Origin: Bdellovibrionia bacterium
Lineage (GTDB): Bacteria; Bdellovibrionota; Bdellovibrionia; Bdellovibrionales; JAGQZY01
DNA length: 58,588 nucleotides
NCBI GenBank assembly: GCA_030424665.1
Contig: JAUHWN010000005.1
Span: 1 to 58,588, forward strand
Direction: 5' to 3'
A program made the translations under genes and the position numbers. How positions within the stretch are numbered: the stretch's first letter is position 1; each line of letters starts with the position of its first letter. Below are positions 1-9,084 of the stretch, piece after piece. The notes under the pieces were generated by a model, which saw nothing but the letters and a program-made list of their open reading frames with translations, was not told where the DNA came from and made no database searches.

Positions 1-421
1 CATCTGTGCTTATTTGCGGAGATACTATCATCGGGCTTCTATATCGAATCCTCGCGTAACCGTTGCTGAGATTGGTAGTCGAAAAACCAATATTTGCACC
101 ATTGCGACTGGCCCCTTCGCCAGAAAGACCTGCTAGGGCTGTTTGCAACTGCTCTCCATCCGTTCGTGCAGACTGACAGGCATTCTCTGCTTCACCCATT
201 TGTCTTTCAGCCGCACTCACCTGAGCACAAGCCATGGCTCGTGTATGGTCACCACCCGAAACTTGACCGTAACCACCAGCATAGGGGCGGAGTCCATCGA
301 TCGCTAAAAAGTCTGAAAAATCTTGATATAAATTTTGATAGGCTGAACTACTCACGCCATTGCAGTTCGCCCAGGCACAGATCGGCCCTAGCGCTAATAG
401 CACTCCAATTACCACTCTCAT
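1..421 (-). CDS. Partial CDS (first 140 codons; continues past the left window edge): secreted hypothetical protein
   Basis: Absent from the ORF track because it has no stop inside the window. My own reverse-complement translation from the ATG at 421 reads MRVVIGVLLALGPICAWANCNGVSSSAYQNLYQDF... and stays open to base 1. AGGAG lies 6 nt upstream of the ATG. The N-terminus is hydrophobic and signal-peptide-like. No family recognised. Confidence 0.5.
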   Translation of the reverse strand, partial: MRVVIGVLLALGPICAWANCNGVSSSAYQNLYQDFSDFLAIDGLRPYAGGYGQVSGGDHTRAMACAQVSAAERQMGEAENACQSARTDGEQLQTALAGLSGEGASRNGANIGFSTTNLSNGYARIRYRSPMIVSPQISTD

Positions 422-585
422 TGCACTCTCCTTGTTAGCCTTTATTGGAGCAAGGCCTGAGCCGAATGGAATCTGTCCCAAATCGAAACATCGGCTAATA
501 GGGGCCCAATTTGAAATTCACTGTCTAATGTTTTATCGACAGCCGGGAGGTTTCTATACAAAAAACACCCACAAGAAATTCCCAC

Positions 586-614
586 AAAAAACTCCCATAG
601 TTAAGCCATGGGAG
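586..614 (-). terminator. Rho-independent terminator downstream of valS
   Basis: Minus strand reads CTCCCAT-(9 nt loop)-ATGGGAG followed by TTTTTT, 28 nt after the valS stop. Confidence 0.55.
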
Positions 615-641
615 TTGGGAAGGAATAGTTAAAAGTGTAAT

Positions 642-3317
642 TTATGAAAGTCGATTCAAACTCTCTTGGAGCCCAGAAAGCTGAGTTTTAAGGGAACTTA
701 ATAGCTCTTTATCTGCTGCCACTAAATCTTCCGGAGCATTCTTCACAAAGTTCTCGTTTCCTAACTTCTTTGTGAGTACGCCAATGTCTTTTTGAATTTT
801 CTCCATTGATTTATTAATCCTCTTAATCTCTTCTTCAATATCAACAAGACCTTCAAGAGGAACAATCACACTAATTTGATGACCTGAACTATGAACAGGA
901 GTCACCGCACACTTCGAGAGATTTCCTTCTTCACCGATCTCGCAAGTCTTCAATCGACCTAGGCGCATGATCTCAACTTTGTTGGACCCCAATATCTTTT
1001 GGGCCGTATCATCAAAAGGAGCTAAACGAACATCAATTTCAATATTGGGTTTGATGCGATTTTCCCCTTTTATGTTTCGAATGGCAGAAATGACGTCTTT
1101 AACCATTTCCATCTCTTTTGCCGCTTCCTCTGATCCAAGTGACAACCACTGGGCATCTTTTTCTGGAGTCGGAAATTCTTCGACGATCAACGCCTCTGAC
1201 TTGATCGGCAACTTGGCATAAAGTTCTTCTGTTATAAACGGAATAAAAGGATGCAGAAGACGCATGATTCGATTTAATGTCTGGGCAAGAACCAACTGAC
1301 TGGCCTTACGATCATCACTAGCATCACCGTAAACAACGGGCTTAACAAACTCCAAATACCAATCACAGAACTCGTGCCAAACGAATGAATAAACATTCTG
1401 CGCAGCTTCTTGAAAATTCATCTGCTCGAGGTTGCGATTCACATCTTCTTCAATTTGCTGAGTTTTAAAAACAATCCACTGATCCGCAACCGACATATTA
1501 GATTTCGAAGGAAGCGCATTCACGCCCTCGGCCGGCACTTCAAAGTCTTTCAAAGCTCCCAGGGCAAAGCGAGTCGCATTCCATATTTTATTCATGAAGT
1601 TGCGGTACCCCTCGAGTCTTTGTTGAGAGAACTTTATATCTCTTCCCGCTGCGAGCGAAGACATTAAGGTAAAGCGAAGCGAGTCCGCTCCGTAATTTTC
1701 AATCAATTCAACCGGGTCAATGGAGTTACCGAGAGACTTAGACATCTTTCGCCCTTGAGAGTCTCTAATTAAGCCATGAATATAAACCTTCCTAAATGGA
1801 ACATCCTCCTTGAATTCAAGTCCCATCATCATCATGCGAGCCACCCAAAAGAAAATAATGTCGTGCCCAGTAACAAGAACATTAGTTGGATAAAAAGTCT
1901 TTAGGGTCTCAGTCTCTTGAGGCCAACCCATGGTACTAAATGGCCACAGGGCCGAGCTAAACCAGGTATCGAGCACATCGGAATCTTGATCTAGCTCTTT
2001 ACTTTTACAAGACTCACATTCTGTTGGATCAGTTTCACTAACAGTGACATGCTGACAGCTCTTACAATACCAGGCTGGAATTCGATGTCCCCACCAAAGT
2101 TGTCGCGAAATACACCAGTCCTCAAGGATATTCATCCAGTGGAGGTAAGTCTTCGTCCATTGCTCCGGTTCAAAAACGGTGCTTCCGTTTTCGACGACAT
2201 GTCTAGCAGGTACTGCCACTTCCGAAACATTCATAAACCATTGTTCAGATAAGTAAGGCTCAACGACAGCACCAGAACGCGAACAGTAACCCACTTTATT
2301 TTTATAGGGTTCAATTTTGTTGAGAGCTCCTTCATCTTCTAGAGCCTTTACCACCTGCTTGCGAGCCTCTTGAGTTTTTAAACCTTTGAATTGCGCAGCA
2401 TTTTCATTTAGGGTTCCATCGATATTGAGTAGATTTATAAACTCGAGGTCATGGCGCTTACCAATTTCATAATCATTGAAATCATGAGCCGGTGTTATCT
2501 TAACAACACCCGTTCCGAACTCGCGCTCTACGTACTCATCTGCGATAATTGGAATTTTTCGACCCGTCAGAGGAAGAATAACGTTCTTACCGATAAAATC
2601 TTTATAACGTTCATCTTCTGGATGAACAGCTACGGCAGTATCGCCCAGCATGGTTTCAGGCCGAGTGGTGGCTACGGTTAATTTAGCGTCAGTACCTTCA
2701 ACGGGATAGTCGAGATGCCAAAGACTTCCCTTTTGTTCTTTATACTCAACTTCTAGGTCAGAGATTGCTGTTTCCAATGGAGGTGACCAATTCACGAGTC
2801 GAGTTCCTTTGTAGATCTGACCCTTTTTATAAAGACTTACGAAAACTTTTCGAACAGCTTTAGAAACATTGTCATCAAGTGTGAAGACCTCACGATCCCA
2901 ATCTACAGAGTCTCCAAGTCGGCGCATTTGCTTGTAGATGCGATCCCCATATTGTTTTTTCCAATCCCAGACCCGCTCTAGAAATTTTTCTCGGCCCATT
3001 TCTAGGCGATTGGTTCCCTCTTTACGAAGTTCTTTTTCGACAACTGATTGAGTGGCAATTCCCGCGTGATCTGTTCCAGGCATCCAAAGGGTGTTAAAGC
3101 CGCTCATTCTCTTCCAACGAACAAGAACGTCTTGAATAGTATGATCGAGAGCATGCCCCATGTGTAAAAAACCAGTGACATTCGGCGGAGGAAGAATAAT
3201 TGAAAAGGGAGGTTTGGTAGACCGGTCTTCAGCTTTGAAGTGACCGCTCTCTTCCCACCATTTATAAATTCGGTCTTCTACTTCGGCATGGGAGTACCGA
3301 TCCGATAATTCACTCAT
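642..3317 (-). CDS. valS: Valine--tRNA ligase
   Basis: Class I aaRS motifs are present: PPPNVTGFLHMGHAL (HIGH) and KMSKSLGN (KMSKS). Length is about 890 aa with a C-terminal coiled coil typical of ValRS. I prefer the second ATG (3317) because GGAGAA sits 5 nt upstream; the track start at 3329 is the alternative. Confidence 0.97.
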   Translation of the reverse strand: MSELSDRYSHAEVEDRIYKWWEESGHFKAEDRSTKPPFSIILPPPNVTGFLHMGHALDHTIQDVLVRWKRMSGFNTLWMPGTDHAGIATQSVVEKELRKEGTNRLEMGREKFLERVWDWKKQYGDRIYKQMRRLGDSVDWDREVFTLDDNVSKAVRKVFVSLYKKGQIYKGTRLVNWSPPLETAISDLEVEYKEQKGSLWHLDYPVEGTDAKLTVATTRPETMLGDTAVAVHPEDERYKDFIGKNVILPLTGRKIPIIADEYVEREFGTGVVKITPAHDFNDYEIGKRHDLEFINLLNIDGTLNENAAQFKGLKTQEARKQVVKALEDEGALNKIEPYKNKVGYCSRSGAVVEPYLSEQWFMNVSEVAVPARHVVENGSTVFEPEQWTKTYLHWMNILEDWCISRQLWWGHRIPAWYCKSCQHVTVSETDPTECESCKSKELDQDSDVLDTWFSSALWPFSTMGWPQETETLKTFYPTNVLVTGHDIIFFWVARMMMMGLEFKEDVPFRKVYIHGLIRDSQGRKMSKSLGNSIDPVELIENYGADSLRFTLMSSLAAGRDIKFSQQRLEGYRNFMNKIWNATRFALGALKDFEVPAEGVNALPSKSNMSVADQWIVFKTQQIEEDVNRNLEQMNFQEAAQNVYSFVWHEFCDWYLEFVKPVVYGDASDDRKASQLVLAQTLNRIMRLLHPFIPFITEELYAKLPIKSEALIVEEFPTPEKDAQWLSLGSEEAAKEMEMVKDVISAIRNIKGENRIKPNIEIDVRLAPFDDTAQKILGSNKVEIMRLGRLKTCEIGEEGNLSKCAVTPVHSSGHQISVIVPLEGLVDIEEEIKRINKSMEKIQKDIGVLTKKLGNENFVKNAPEDLVAADKELLSSLKTQLSGLQESLNRLS

Positions 3318-3412
3318 TGCATTCTCCATTGGGTATCTCGACAGTCGAGCTAGAGACCTAAATTATCAAAATCAGCGCAAAAGACAAGCCGTGTCGCAGT
3401 CTGTGAGGAGGA

Positions 3413-3589
3413 TTAGTTCGTAGGTCGAATCCAGGTTTTAAAGGAGTTTTTGTTGATTTCATCAACCTGCTCAACGGATTTCATTACATCCTGAGGGCTC
3501 AGTTGAGGCTCTTTCTCTGGAGCCTGAATAAAGGCGAAGTGGCCCAAGGCTAAAGATAAAATGAAGAGAAAAGTCGCTATAGATTTCAC
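3413..3589 (-). CDS. Small secreted or membrane hypothetical protein (58 aa)
   Basis: The track ORF 3413..3613 starts at TTG. An internal GTG at 3589 gives (M)KSIATFLFILSLALGHFAFIQA/PEKEP, a clean signal-peptide-like N-terminus. No homology recognised, so it may not be a real gene. Confidence 0.3.
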   Translation of the reverse strand: MKSIATFLFILSLALGHFAFIQAPEKEPQLSPQDVMKSVEQVDEINKNSFKTWIRPTN

Positions 3590-3620
3590 GGTTGCTAAAA
3601 TGAGCAAGACCAAGACCAGG

Positions 3621-3647
3621 CTCTATGGCCTCTCAAGGGCCATAGAG
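3621..3647 (-). terminator. 10 bp perfect hairpin after the PKS/MT/FAD operon (possible terminator; no clean U-tract)
   Basis: CTCTATGGCC (3621-3630) and GGCCATAGAG (3638-3647) flank a 7 nt loop, 21 nt downstream of the flavoprotein stop at 3668. Confidence 0.35.
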
Positions 3648-3667
3648 GGCAAAACGGGGTGAAATTA

Positions 3668-4810
3668 TTACCCCATCGTCCTCCAATAGTAGGCTTCGGG
3701 ACACCTGGTTTTTTCAAAGAGAAATGGAACAACCCCTGGAACCCACTTTATGGAGTGCCCCACAATAGAGGCCAAAGGACCGCGCATGAGGCTGTGTATA
3801 GGAAGGGCTAAACTCATCCTCCCCTTGAGAATTCGAGCCAGGTAATCGTGATACTTATGACTCGCGCTCGGCGAAAATTTATGGCTAACGATCAGGTCTG
3901 TCGCCATCCGCGCCGACAAAAGGGCAATACTCATCCCCTCTCCGGTAAAAGAAGGAATGACGGCGGCCTGATCTCCCAGTAAAAAGACGCCGGTTGGTAC
4001 CTTGGATGGTTCCAACATGTGGCCATAGGGAACACCCGAAATTGTAACCGGGCGATCCATTCTCTTTTGGCTCATCCTCAGCCGGTCTGCGAGGACTCGA
4101 TTTCGTTCCGAAAGATAGGATTGAAGGAGCTCCCAGGAGTGAGTGAGGCTATGATCTTTGAGTTTCTTCTTTTCAAGTAAAAAACAGAGGTTAAAGCGAC
4201 CCTCCTCTATCGGCGATAGACCACCATAGCCACCTTCAAAACTGAATAACTCAATACTGTTCTCGAGTTTCTGCTGATGAGCTGGAGTCAAATCCATGTG
4301 AACTTTAAATCCGACAAGATCCCTTTCTTTTCCGACACGCCTATGAAGCTTTGGCAGGTCATGCTTTCCAGTTGCTAAGAGAAGTAATGGGGCCAGAACT
4401 TTTTGGTTTTTTCCTTCAATTAAATAATATTCTTTTTCTCTTTTGTAAGCCTTCACCCTCTCACCCAATAGGACCTGAACTCCTAGGGACTCTGCCTTGT
4501 CGAGTAAAAATTGATCCAAAAGAAACCGAGAAATTCCGCGAGCTTTACGCTGCAATTTTTGTTGCAAACTGACCTTTGGAGCATGAAAAGAAAAGTCATC
4601 GATCAAGGGCGACTGAGCAAAATCAAAATCAAAGCCAACTTCTTCGAGGTAATAACAAGCCTCTTCACTGAGGTACTCGCCACAAACTTTGTGATGTGGA
4701 GCTTTTTCTTTTTCAAAGAGACAGACTCGCAAGCCTTTTTCCGCCAAATGAATTGCCGCTAAGCTACCCGCTAAACCACCACCAACAATTAAAGCGTCAT
4801 AGACTTGCAA
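3668..4810 (-). CDS. FAD-dependent oxidoreductase or hydroxylase (SrsC-like flavoprotein)
   Basis: N-terminal Rossmann motif YDALIVGGGLAGSLAA...EKE, plus GD motif LLGDQAAVIPSFTGEGMS near the C-terminus. The start must be TTG at 4810 because the GxGxxG strand begins immediately. It lies directly downstream of the methyltransferase. Confidence 0.85.
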   Translation of the reverse strand: MQVYDALIVGGGLAGSLAAIHLAEKGLRVCLFEKEKAPHHKVCGEYLSEEACYYLEEVGFDFDFAQSPLIDDFSFHAPKVSLQQKLQRKARGISRFLLDQFLLDKAESLGVQVLLGERVKAYKREKEYYLIEGKNQKVLAPLLLLATGKHDLPKLHRRVGKERDLVGFKVHMDLTPAHQQKLENSIELFSFEGGYGGLSPIEEGRFNLCFLLEKKKLKDHSLTHSWELLQSYLSERNRVLADRLRMSQKRMDRPVTISGVPYGHMLEPSKVPTGVFLLGDQAAVIPSFTGEGMSIALLSARMATDLIVSHKFSPSASHKYHDYLARILKGRMSLALPIHSLMRGPLASIVGHSIKWVPGVVPFLFEKTRCPEAYYWRTMG

Positions 4811-4829
4811 GTTCAGTGTTCTTCTCCAT

Positions 4830-5552
4830 TTAGATTTTTGCGTGGATCTTTGATACGAGAATTCTAAAGGACCAGTACCAGTCTATTTTCAATCCATCGA
4901 CACTTATTCCCGCCTGCCCAATGTACTTCTTCCAATCATCTTTGCTAAAACTTCGGGCCACAGACAATGGGGCATCATTTTTTATAAGACGATTCTTCGA
5001 CACCAGCTTCGTTACATACTTAATAAAATAGTAAGCCAGTGGATGCCTGTGAAGGTCGTTGATGATCCAAGCGCGAGTCGAACTCTGGTCCATCCATTTT
5101 ACGAAATTGCGAATTTCTTGATCACCCAAATGGTGCATGAAAAGAGAATTCATAATGACATCAAAAGAGTCCTCTTTGCTGCACTCTAAAGCACACTGAC
5201 GCCGATATTGAACCTTTAAAGAGGGATCTGTGTGAGCTGCTGCTAAGTCCACACATTCGGGGTTGAGATCGAGCCCTAAAAACTCAATATTATAGTCTTT
5301 CTTTTGAGCCCACTGAGCGAGATACCGCAAACTATCCCCAAAACCAAAACCCACATCGAGTACCCGCATCGGCTTAACCTTATAATCTTCAAGATTATAG
5401 ACTCTTTCTAAAAATTGACTCAAAGGAAAATAGGCAGCGGTGAAGCGATTGATTTGCTCCAACTCAGTCAGACACTGTAAAAACTCTTTCTTCGAATAGT
5501 CGCCACTATCCATAAGTTCTTCGGCGTAAGTCCTTTGACTAAAGTCAATCAT
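4830..5552 (-). CDS. SAM-dependent methyltransferase (SrsB-like)
   Basis: SAM-binding motif I RVLDVGFGFGD and the acidic loop LGLDLN. Its ATG overlaps the PKS stop (ATGA), which indicates translational coupling. Confidence 0.85.
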   Translation of the reverse strand: MIDFSQRTYAEELMDSGDYSKKEFLQCLTELEQINRFTAAYFPLSQFLERVYNLEDYKVKPMRVLDVGFGFGDSLRYLAQWAQKKDYNIEFLGLDLNPECVDLAAAHTDPSLKVQYRRQCALECSKEDSFDVIMNSLFMHHLGDQEIRNFVKWMDQSSTRAWIINDLHRHPLAYYFIKYVTKLVSKNRLIKNDAPLSVARSFSKDDWKKYIGQAGISVDGLKIDWYWSFRILVSKIHAKI

Positions 5553-6619
5553 AGAGCACTTTTAGTAAATGACATGGTTTCAACAGTCAGTCCGGGTCCG
5601 AATGCAAGAGCAATACCCGACCCATCGGTCTTAATGTCCTTCATGATTTCTTTCATTACAAAAACCACCGAAGGTGAAGACATGTTGCCAAAGTTATCGA
5701 GTACATAACGAGAATAAGACATGTCCTCTTCAGCTATTTCTAAGCCAGTTTGAACAGCATCTAAGATTGCTCTTCCACCCGGGTGAATCGCAAAAAGAGA
5801 CTTGTTCTGCAATTGGACTCGCTCTTTAAAACGATCTCCTAAATGGTGAATTCCTTGCTTCAGAGCCTGCGGAACTTTTGTATCTAAATGCATTAGAAAC
5901 CCCGAGTCCGCGACTCTCCAGGTAATCAGCTCTTTATCCTCAGCTAAGACATCACAGTGAAATGAATTGATTTCAAGGGGTGAACTCTCGCCAGATACAA
6001 CGCTGGCCGCACAACCATCTGCAAACAATAAAAAAGAAAGAAGGTCTTCAACTTCTCGACTCTCTTGCAAGTGCAAACTACAGAGTTCAAGATTGAGCAC
6101 AAGAACTTTAGACTCAGGTTGAGATCGAACAATGTGGTAGGCGGCCTTATAACTATTGATTCCGGCATAACACCCCATAAAGCCAATGAGTGATCTCTCA
6201 ACACTTGAAGAAAGGCCGAGCTTAAAAATGAGATCCAAATCTGGTCCGGGAGCATAAAACCCCGTGCAGCTTGAAACTATAAGGTGAGTAAATGATTTGG
6301 GGTCATGTTTTTTAAAAACGGGTTCAAGACATTGGGACATTAAATGAAATGCTTCGTCTTCATATTTTTTCATTCTCTCAGCCGTCGATGGAAAAGCTCC
6401 CAATTTATAAAACCCTTCATCATCCAAAATTTGGGGGCTCTTATCGGGTGCGAGAACACTGTATCTCTTGCTAATACCCGATTTTTTCTCGAGGCGTTTA
6501 AACAGGCTTAACTGTCTCTTATCGCTCAAAAGTTGGGGAATGAAATCAACAAATTTTTGGTGCATCTGGTGGGCGGGAACCGCCGTTTCGATTTGCTCAA
6601 CAAAGACTCTATTTTCCAT
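5549..6619 (-). CDS. Type III polyketide synthase (chalcone-synthase superfamily; SrsA/ArsB-like)
   Basis: Cys-His-Asn triad contexts are present: VSSCTGFYAPGPD, FAIHPGGRAILD and NFGNMSSPSVVFV. I prefer the start at ATG 6619 (MENRVFVEQIE) because GGGGAG sits 6 nt upstream. Confidence 0.92.
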   Translation of the reverse strand: MENRVFVEQIETAVPAHQMHQKFVDFIPQLLSDKRQLSLFKRLEKKSGISKRYSVLAPDKSPQILDDEGFYKLGAFPSTAERMKKYEDEAFHLMSQCLEPVFKKHDPKSFTHLIVSSCTGFYAPGPDLDLIFKLGLSSSVERSLIGFMGCYAGINSYKAAYHIVRSQPESKVLVLNLELCSLHLQESREVEDLLSFLLFADGCAASVVSGESSPLEINSFHCDVLAEDKELITWRVADSGFLMHLDTKVPQALKQGIHHLGDRFKERVQLQNKSLFAIHPGGRAILDAVQTGLEIAEEDMSYSRYVLDNFGNMSSPSVVFVMKEIMKDIKTDGSGIALAFGPGLTVETMSFTKSAL

Positions 6620-6729
6620 TGCTTCTCCCCTTTTGGTTTGAAGAACTAGCATAAAGCAATGTGTGGAAAGGACAAGTCAACAAGGGTAAAACTTAGGTCA
6701 ACAAGTGTTATGACGCCGCTTTTATAGAA

Positions 6730-7932
6730 TTATGTAGAAGGGTCAGGTTTTAGTCTTAGTACGACTACTAAAAAGGCTAAAAAGGTCAGAACGCCCGATA
6801 AAATAAAGGGGCTGCCAATAGATATGTGCTGATAGAACCAACCACCAATGACTGGACCAAGAATTCGTCCAAGCGCTGATAAGCTCTGGGTGACACCCAT
6901 AACTTGCCCCTGCTCGTCCTTTGAGGAATATCCAGAAATCAAACCCATGATAGGAGGGCGCATAATTCCGTTCCCCAGAGCCAGCAACGTCATAGTCACT
7001 GCGAGTAATGCAATACTCGGAGAGAAGGCAATGCCGCCAAGTCCTACAGCCATGATAACGAGCCCAAAGAGAAGGAGCCCTCTCTCGGAATGTTTCTTTA
7101 ATAGCTTTCTAATAAGATAACCCTGAACAAAAACCATTACGAAACCGACGTACGCGAAACCATAACTCGCTTTTTCAATCCCCCAACCAAAGACATCTTC
7201 TACAAATGGAAATAGCATCACTTCCATGAGAGCCATTGCTAAACTCGTAAGAAAGAAAGCACTCATTAATGACCCGACCTTGGGCATCTGAAAATGATGA
7301 AACAACTTTTTAAATCGATTTTTCTTTTCGGCGGTAACTTTAAAGTTTTTAATTCGAGTCTCTTGAAGTTTAAAAAAGGCAAAAGCGAAATTAGCAAAAC
7401 ATAGAGCCGCAGCTCCAAGAGCCGAAAAACTTTGGCCAAAAGGTGGGGCATCGCCAATCGACTTACCCAGAGTTGCCAGCAAAGCCCCAATCAAGGGACC
7501 AAAAATAAAACCTAAACCGAATGAGGCTCCGATCAATCCCATGCCCTTGGACCGCTCTTTTCCTTCTTCGGTGATGTCGGCTATATAAGCGTTGGCCGTT
7601 GAGATCGTGGCGCTAAATGTTCCAGCAAAGGCACGAGAAATAAAAAGCATCCAATAGGTCGTTGAAAAAGCGAAGCCAATATAGGATAGACCTGCGCCAA
7701 ACAAACTTAAAATAATAATGGGCCGCCTGCCAAAGCGATCACTCAATGTTCCCCAGAGGGGAGAGAAAATAAACTGCATCAGAGAGAATATGGACATCAA
7801 AAGTCCAATTTTTATCGGGTCGGCAGAAAACTGGCGCGCCAGGTAAGGGCTGAGAGGAATAATAATGCCAAAACCGACTAAATCGATAAAAACCGTGAAT
7901 ATAACGATAAATAGCGAGGATTTACTTTTCAT
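6730..7932 (-). CDS. MFS transporter (12-TM drug/H+ antiporter-like)
   Basis: About 12 hydrophobic segments. MFS loop motif GTLSDRFGRRPIIILS lies between TM2 and TM3. Same strand as the PKS start and 77 bp upstream of it. Confidence 0.9.
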   Translation of the reverse strand: MKSKSSLFIVIFTVFIDLVGFGIIIPLSPYLARQFSADPIKIGLLMSIFSLMQFIFSPLWGTLSDRFGRRPIIILSLFGAGLSYIGFAFSTTYWMLFISRAFAGTFSATISTANAYIADITEEGKERSKGMGLIGASFGLGFIFGPLIGALLATLGKSIGDAPPFGQSFSALGAAALCFANFAFAFFKLQETRIKNFKVTAEKKNRFKKLFHHFQMPKVGSLMSAFFLTSLAMALMEVMLFPFVEDVFGWGIEKASYGFAYVGFVMVFVQGYLIRKLLKKHSERGLLLFGLVIMAVGLGGIAFSPSIALLAVTMTLLALGNGIMRPPIMGLISGYSSKDEQGQVMGVTQSLSALGRILGPVIGGWFYQHISIGSPFILSGVLTFLAFLVVVLRLKPDPST

Positions 7933-8025
7933 TAGAACTCATTTCTGACACAGGCCCTATAGAAAGTCATCTCTACAAAGGCGAAAGGTCGTTGACGCCC
8001 AATGGCGGCGTGCTAAAATTTAAGT

Positions 8026-9084
8026 ATGAGTCGTTTACTTTTCCTTTTATTGCTCGTTAGTCCAACGGCGGTTTGGGCCCATAGTTTCGGACGAGACCCT
8101 CTACCTCCAAGTCCCGTTTGGTCCAAGGGAATTGAATTCGGAACTCAAGGCTTTTACCTCCTATCAGAGTCGAACTACATCACTGCCGGAGGAGAATTTG
8201 AACGCCTCCCCAACGAAAATGATATAAGTGCCCTCGGCATAGAGCTCTTTGCCAATTATAGTTTTAATCGAGATTTTCGTATCAATGCTTACGGAGCAAT
8301 CAATCGAGTTGCTGTTACTGATCAAGGGGTAAGTACCTCAAACTTTACAATGGAAGGAATCGGAGGAGGTCTTTCTTACGTTGTCTGGAAAAAATATGTC
8401 CGCGTAATCTTCAAGGGTAAATTCCATTATACGCTCGATGATGTCAGTTATGATCGAACAGATCCTTTGACGGCAGATGGAATTTCCTATGTTCTCCCTG
8501 AACTATATCTTTATAAAAAACTGGGACGAGTGATCCTTTTTACTAATCTCGGGGCCCGCTTTCCTACTGAGGGGTTAGCCAGTCACTTGTTTTGGGGGAT
8601 CGGTAGTAGTTTTCAAACAAAAAAATTTCAGTTTGGCGCGCAGCTTCGAGGGACAAGTTTTATTGGCGTTGATGAGTTTACGCTCACACCCTCCGTTCGA
8701 ACTGATGTCACGGATCGGGTTAATGGTACCAGCCTTCTTTACTATGCCCCAGACCCAGAGCTACTCGATATAACCCTGTGGGGTGGAATGAAAATTCGCC
8801 ACAACCTTTCGATTGCACTTGGATTTAATAGTACAATTGACGGAAAGAACTCGGCAAACAGTAGTTCCTTTTTATTTGCGCTCCGCTATGATATGGGAAA
8901 AAAGAAAAAGTTCCGCAAAAGAACGTCAAGAGTTACCGAAGAAGATTTTAAAATTGAATCGCGCACTGAAAAAATCAGTGTTGATGACGAAGATAGTTTC
9001 ACTACACCAACGCGCTTTGGTGACGACGGTATGCCATTAGAGGATACTGAACAAATGTTGGAAGACAGAATTAATCGCAACTAA
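8026..9084 (+). CDS. Secreted protein, probably an outer-membrane beta-barrel, with a charged C-terminal tail
   Basis: Signal peptide MSRLLFLLLLVSPTAVWA/H. The body has an alternating aromatic/hydrophilic pattern ending FLFALRYDM. A roughly 65 aa K/E/D-rich tail follows. No family recognised. Confidence 0.6.
   Translation: MSRLLFLLLLVSPTAVWAHSFGRDPLPPSPVWSKGIEFGTQGFYLLSESNYITAGGEFERLPNENDISALGIELFANYSFNRDFRINAYGAINRVAVTDQGVSTSNFTMEGIGGGLSYVVWKKYVRVIFKGKFHYTLDDVSYDRTDPLTADGISYVLPELYLYKKLGRVILFTNLGARFPTEGLASHLFWGIGSSFQTKKFQFGAQLRGTSFIGVDEFTLTPSVRTDVTDRVNGTSLLYYAPDPELLDITLWGGMKIRHNLSIALGFNSTIDGKNSANSSSFLFALRYDMGKKKKFRKRTSRVTEEDFKIESRTEKISVDDEDSFTTPTRFGDDGMPLEDTEQMLEDRINRN

Noticed and set aside
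94-632. Two plus-strand track ORFs (94..438 and 360..632) at the left edge.
   Set aside because: Their products are His/Pro/Leu-rich with no recognisable features and no Shine-Dalgarno sequence. 94..438 is antisense to the better-supported minus-strand partial ORF (1..421), which has an AGGAG Shine-Dalgarno and a signal peptide. 360..632 runs through the valS terminator.
967-2681. Plus-strand ORFs inside valS (967..1221, 1410..1667, 2049..2252, 2451..2681). The same pattern recurs inside lpdA, the E2 gene, lipA, the receptor, the VWA gene and elsewhere.
   Set aside because: They are antisense shadow ORFs within strongly supported conserved genes. They have low-complexity or odd composition and no ribosome-binding sites.
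5944-6255. Same-strand alternative-frame ORF inside the type III PKS gene.
   Set aside because: It lies fully inside the PKS catalytic core, which has intact motifs in its own frame.
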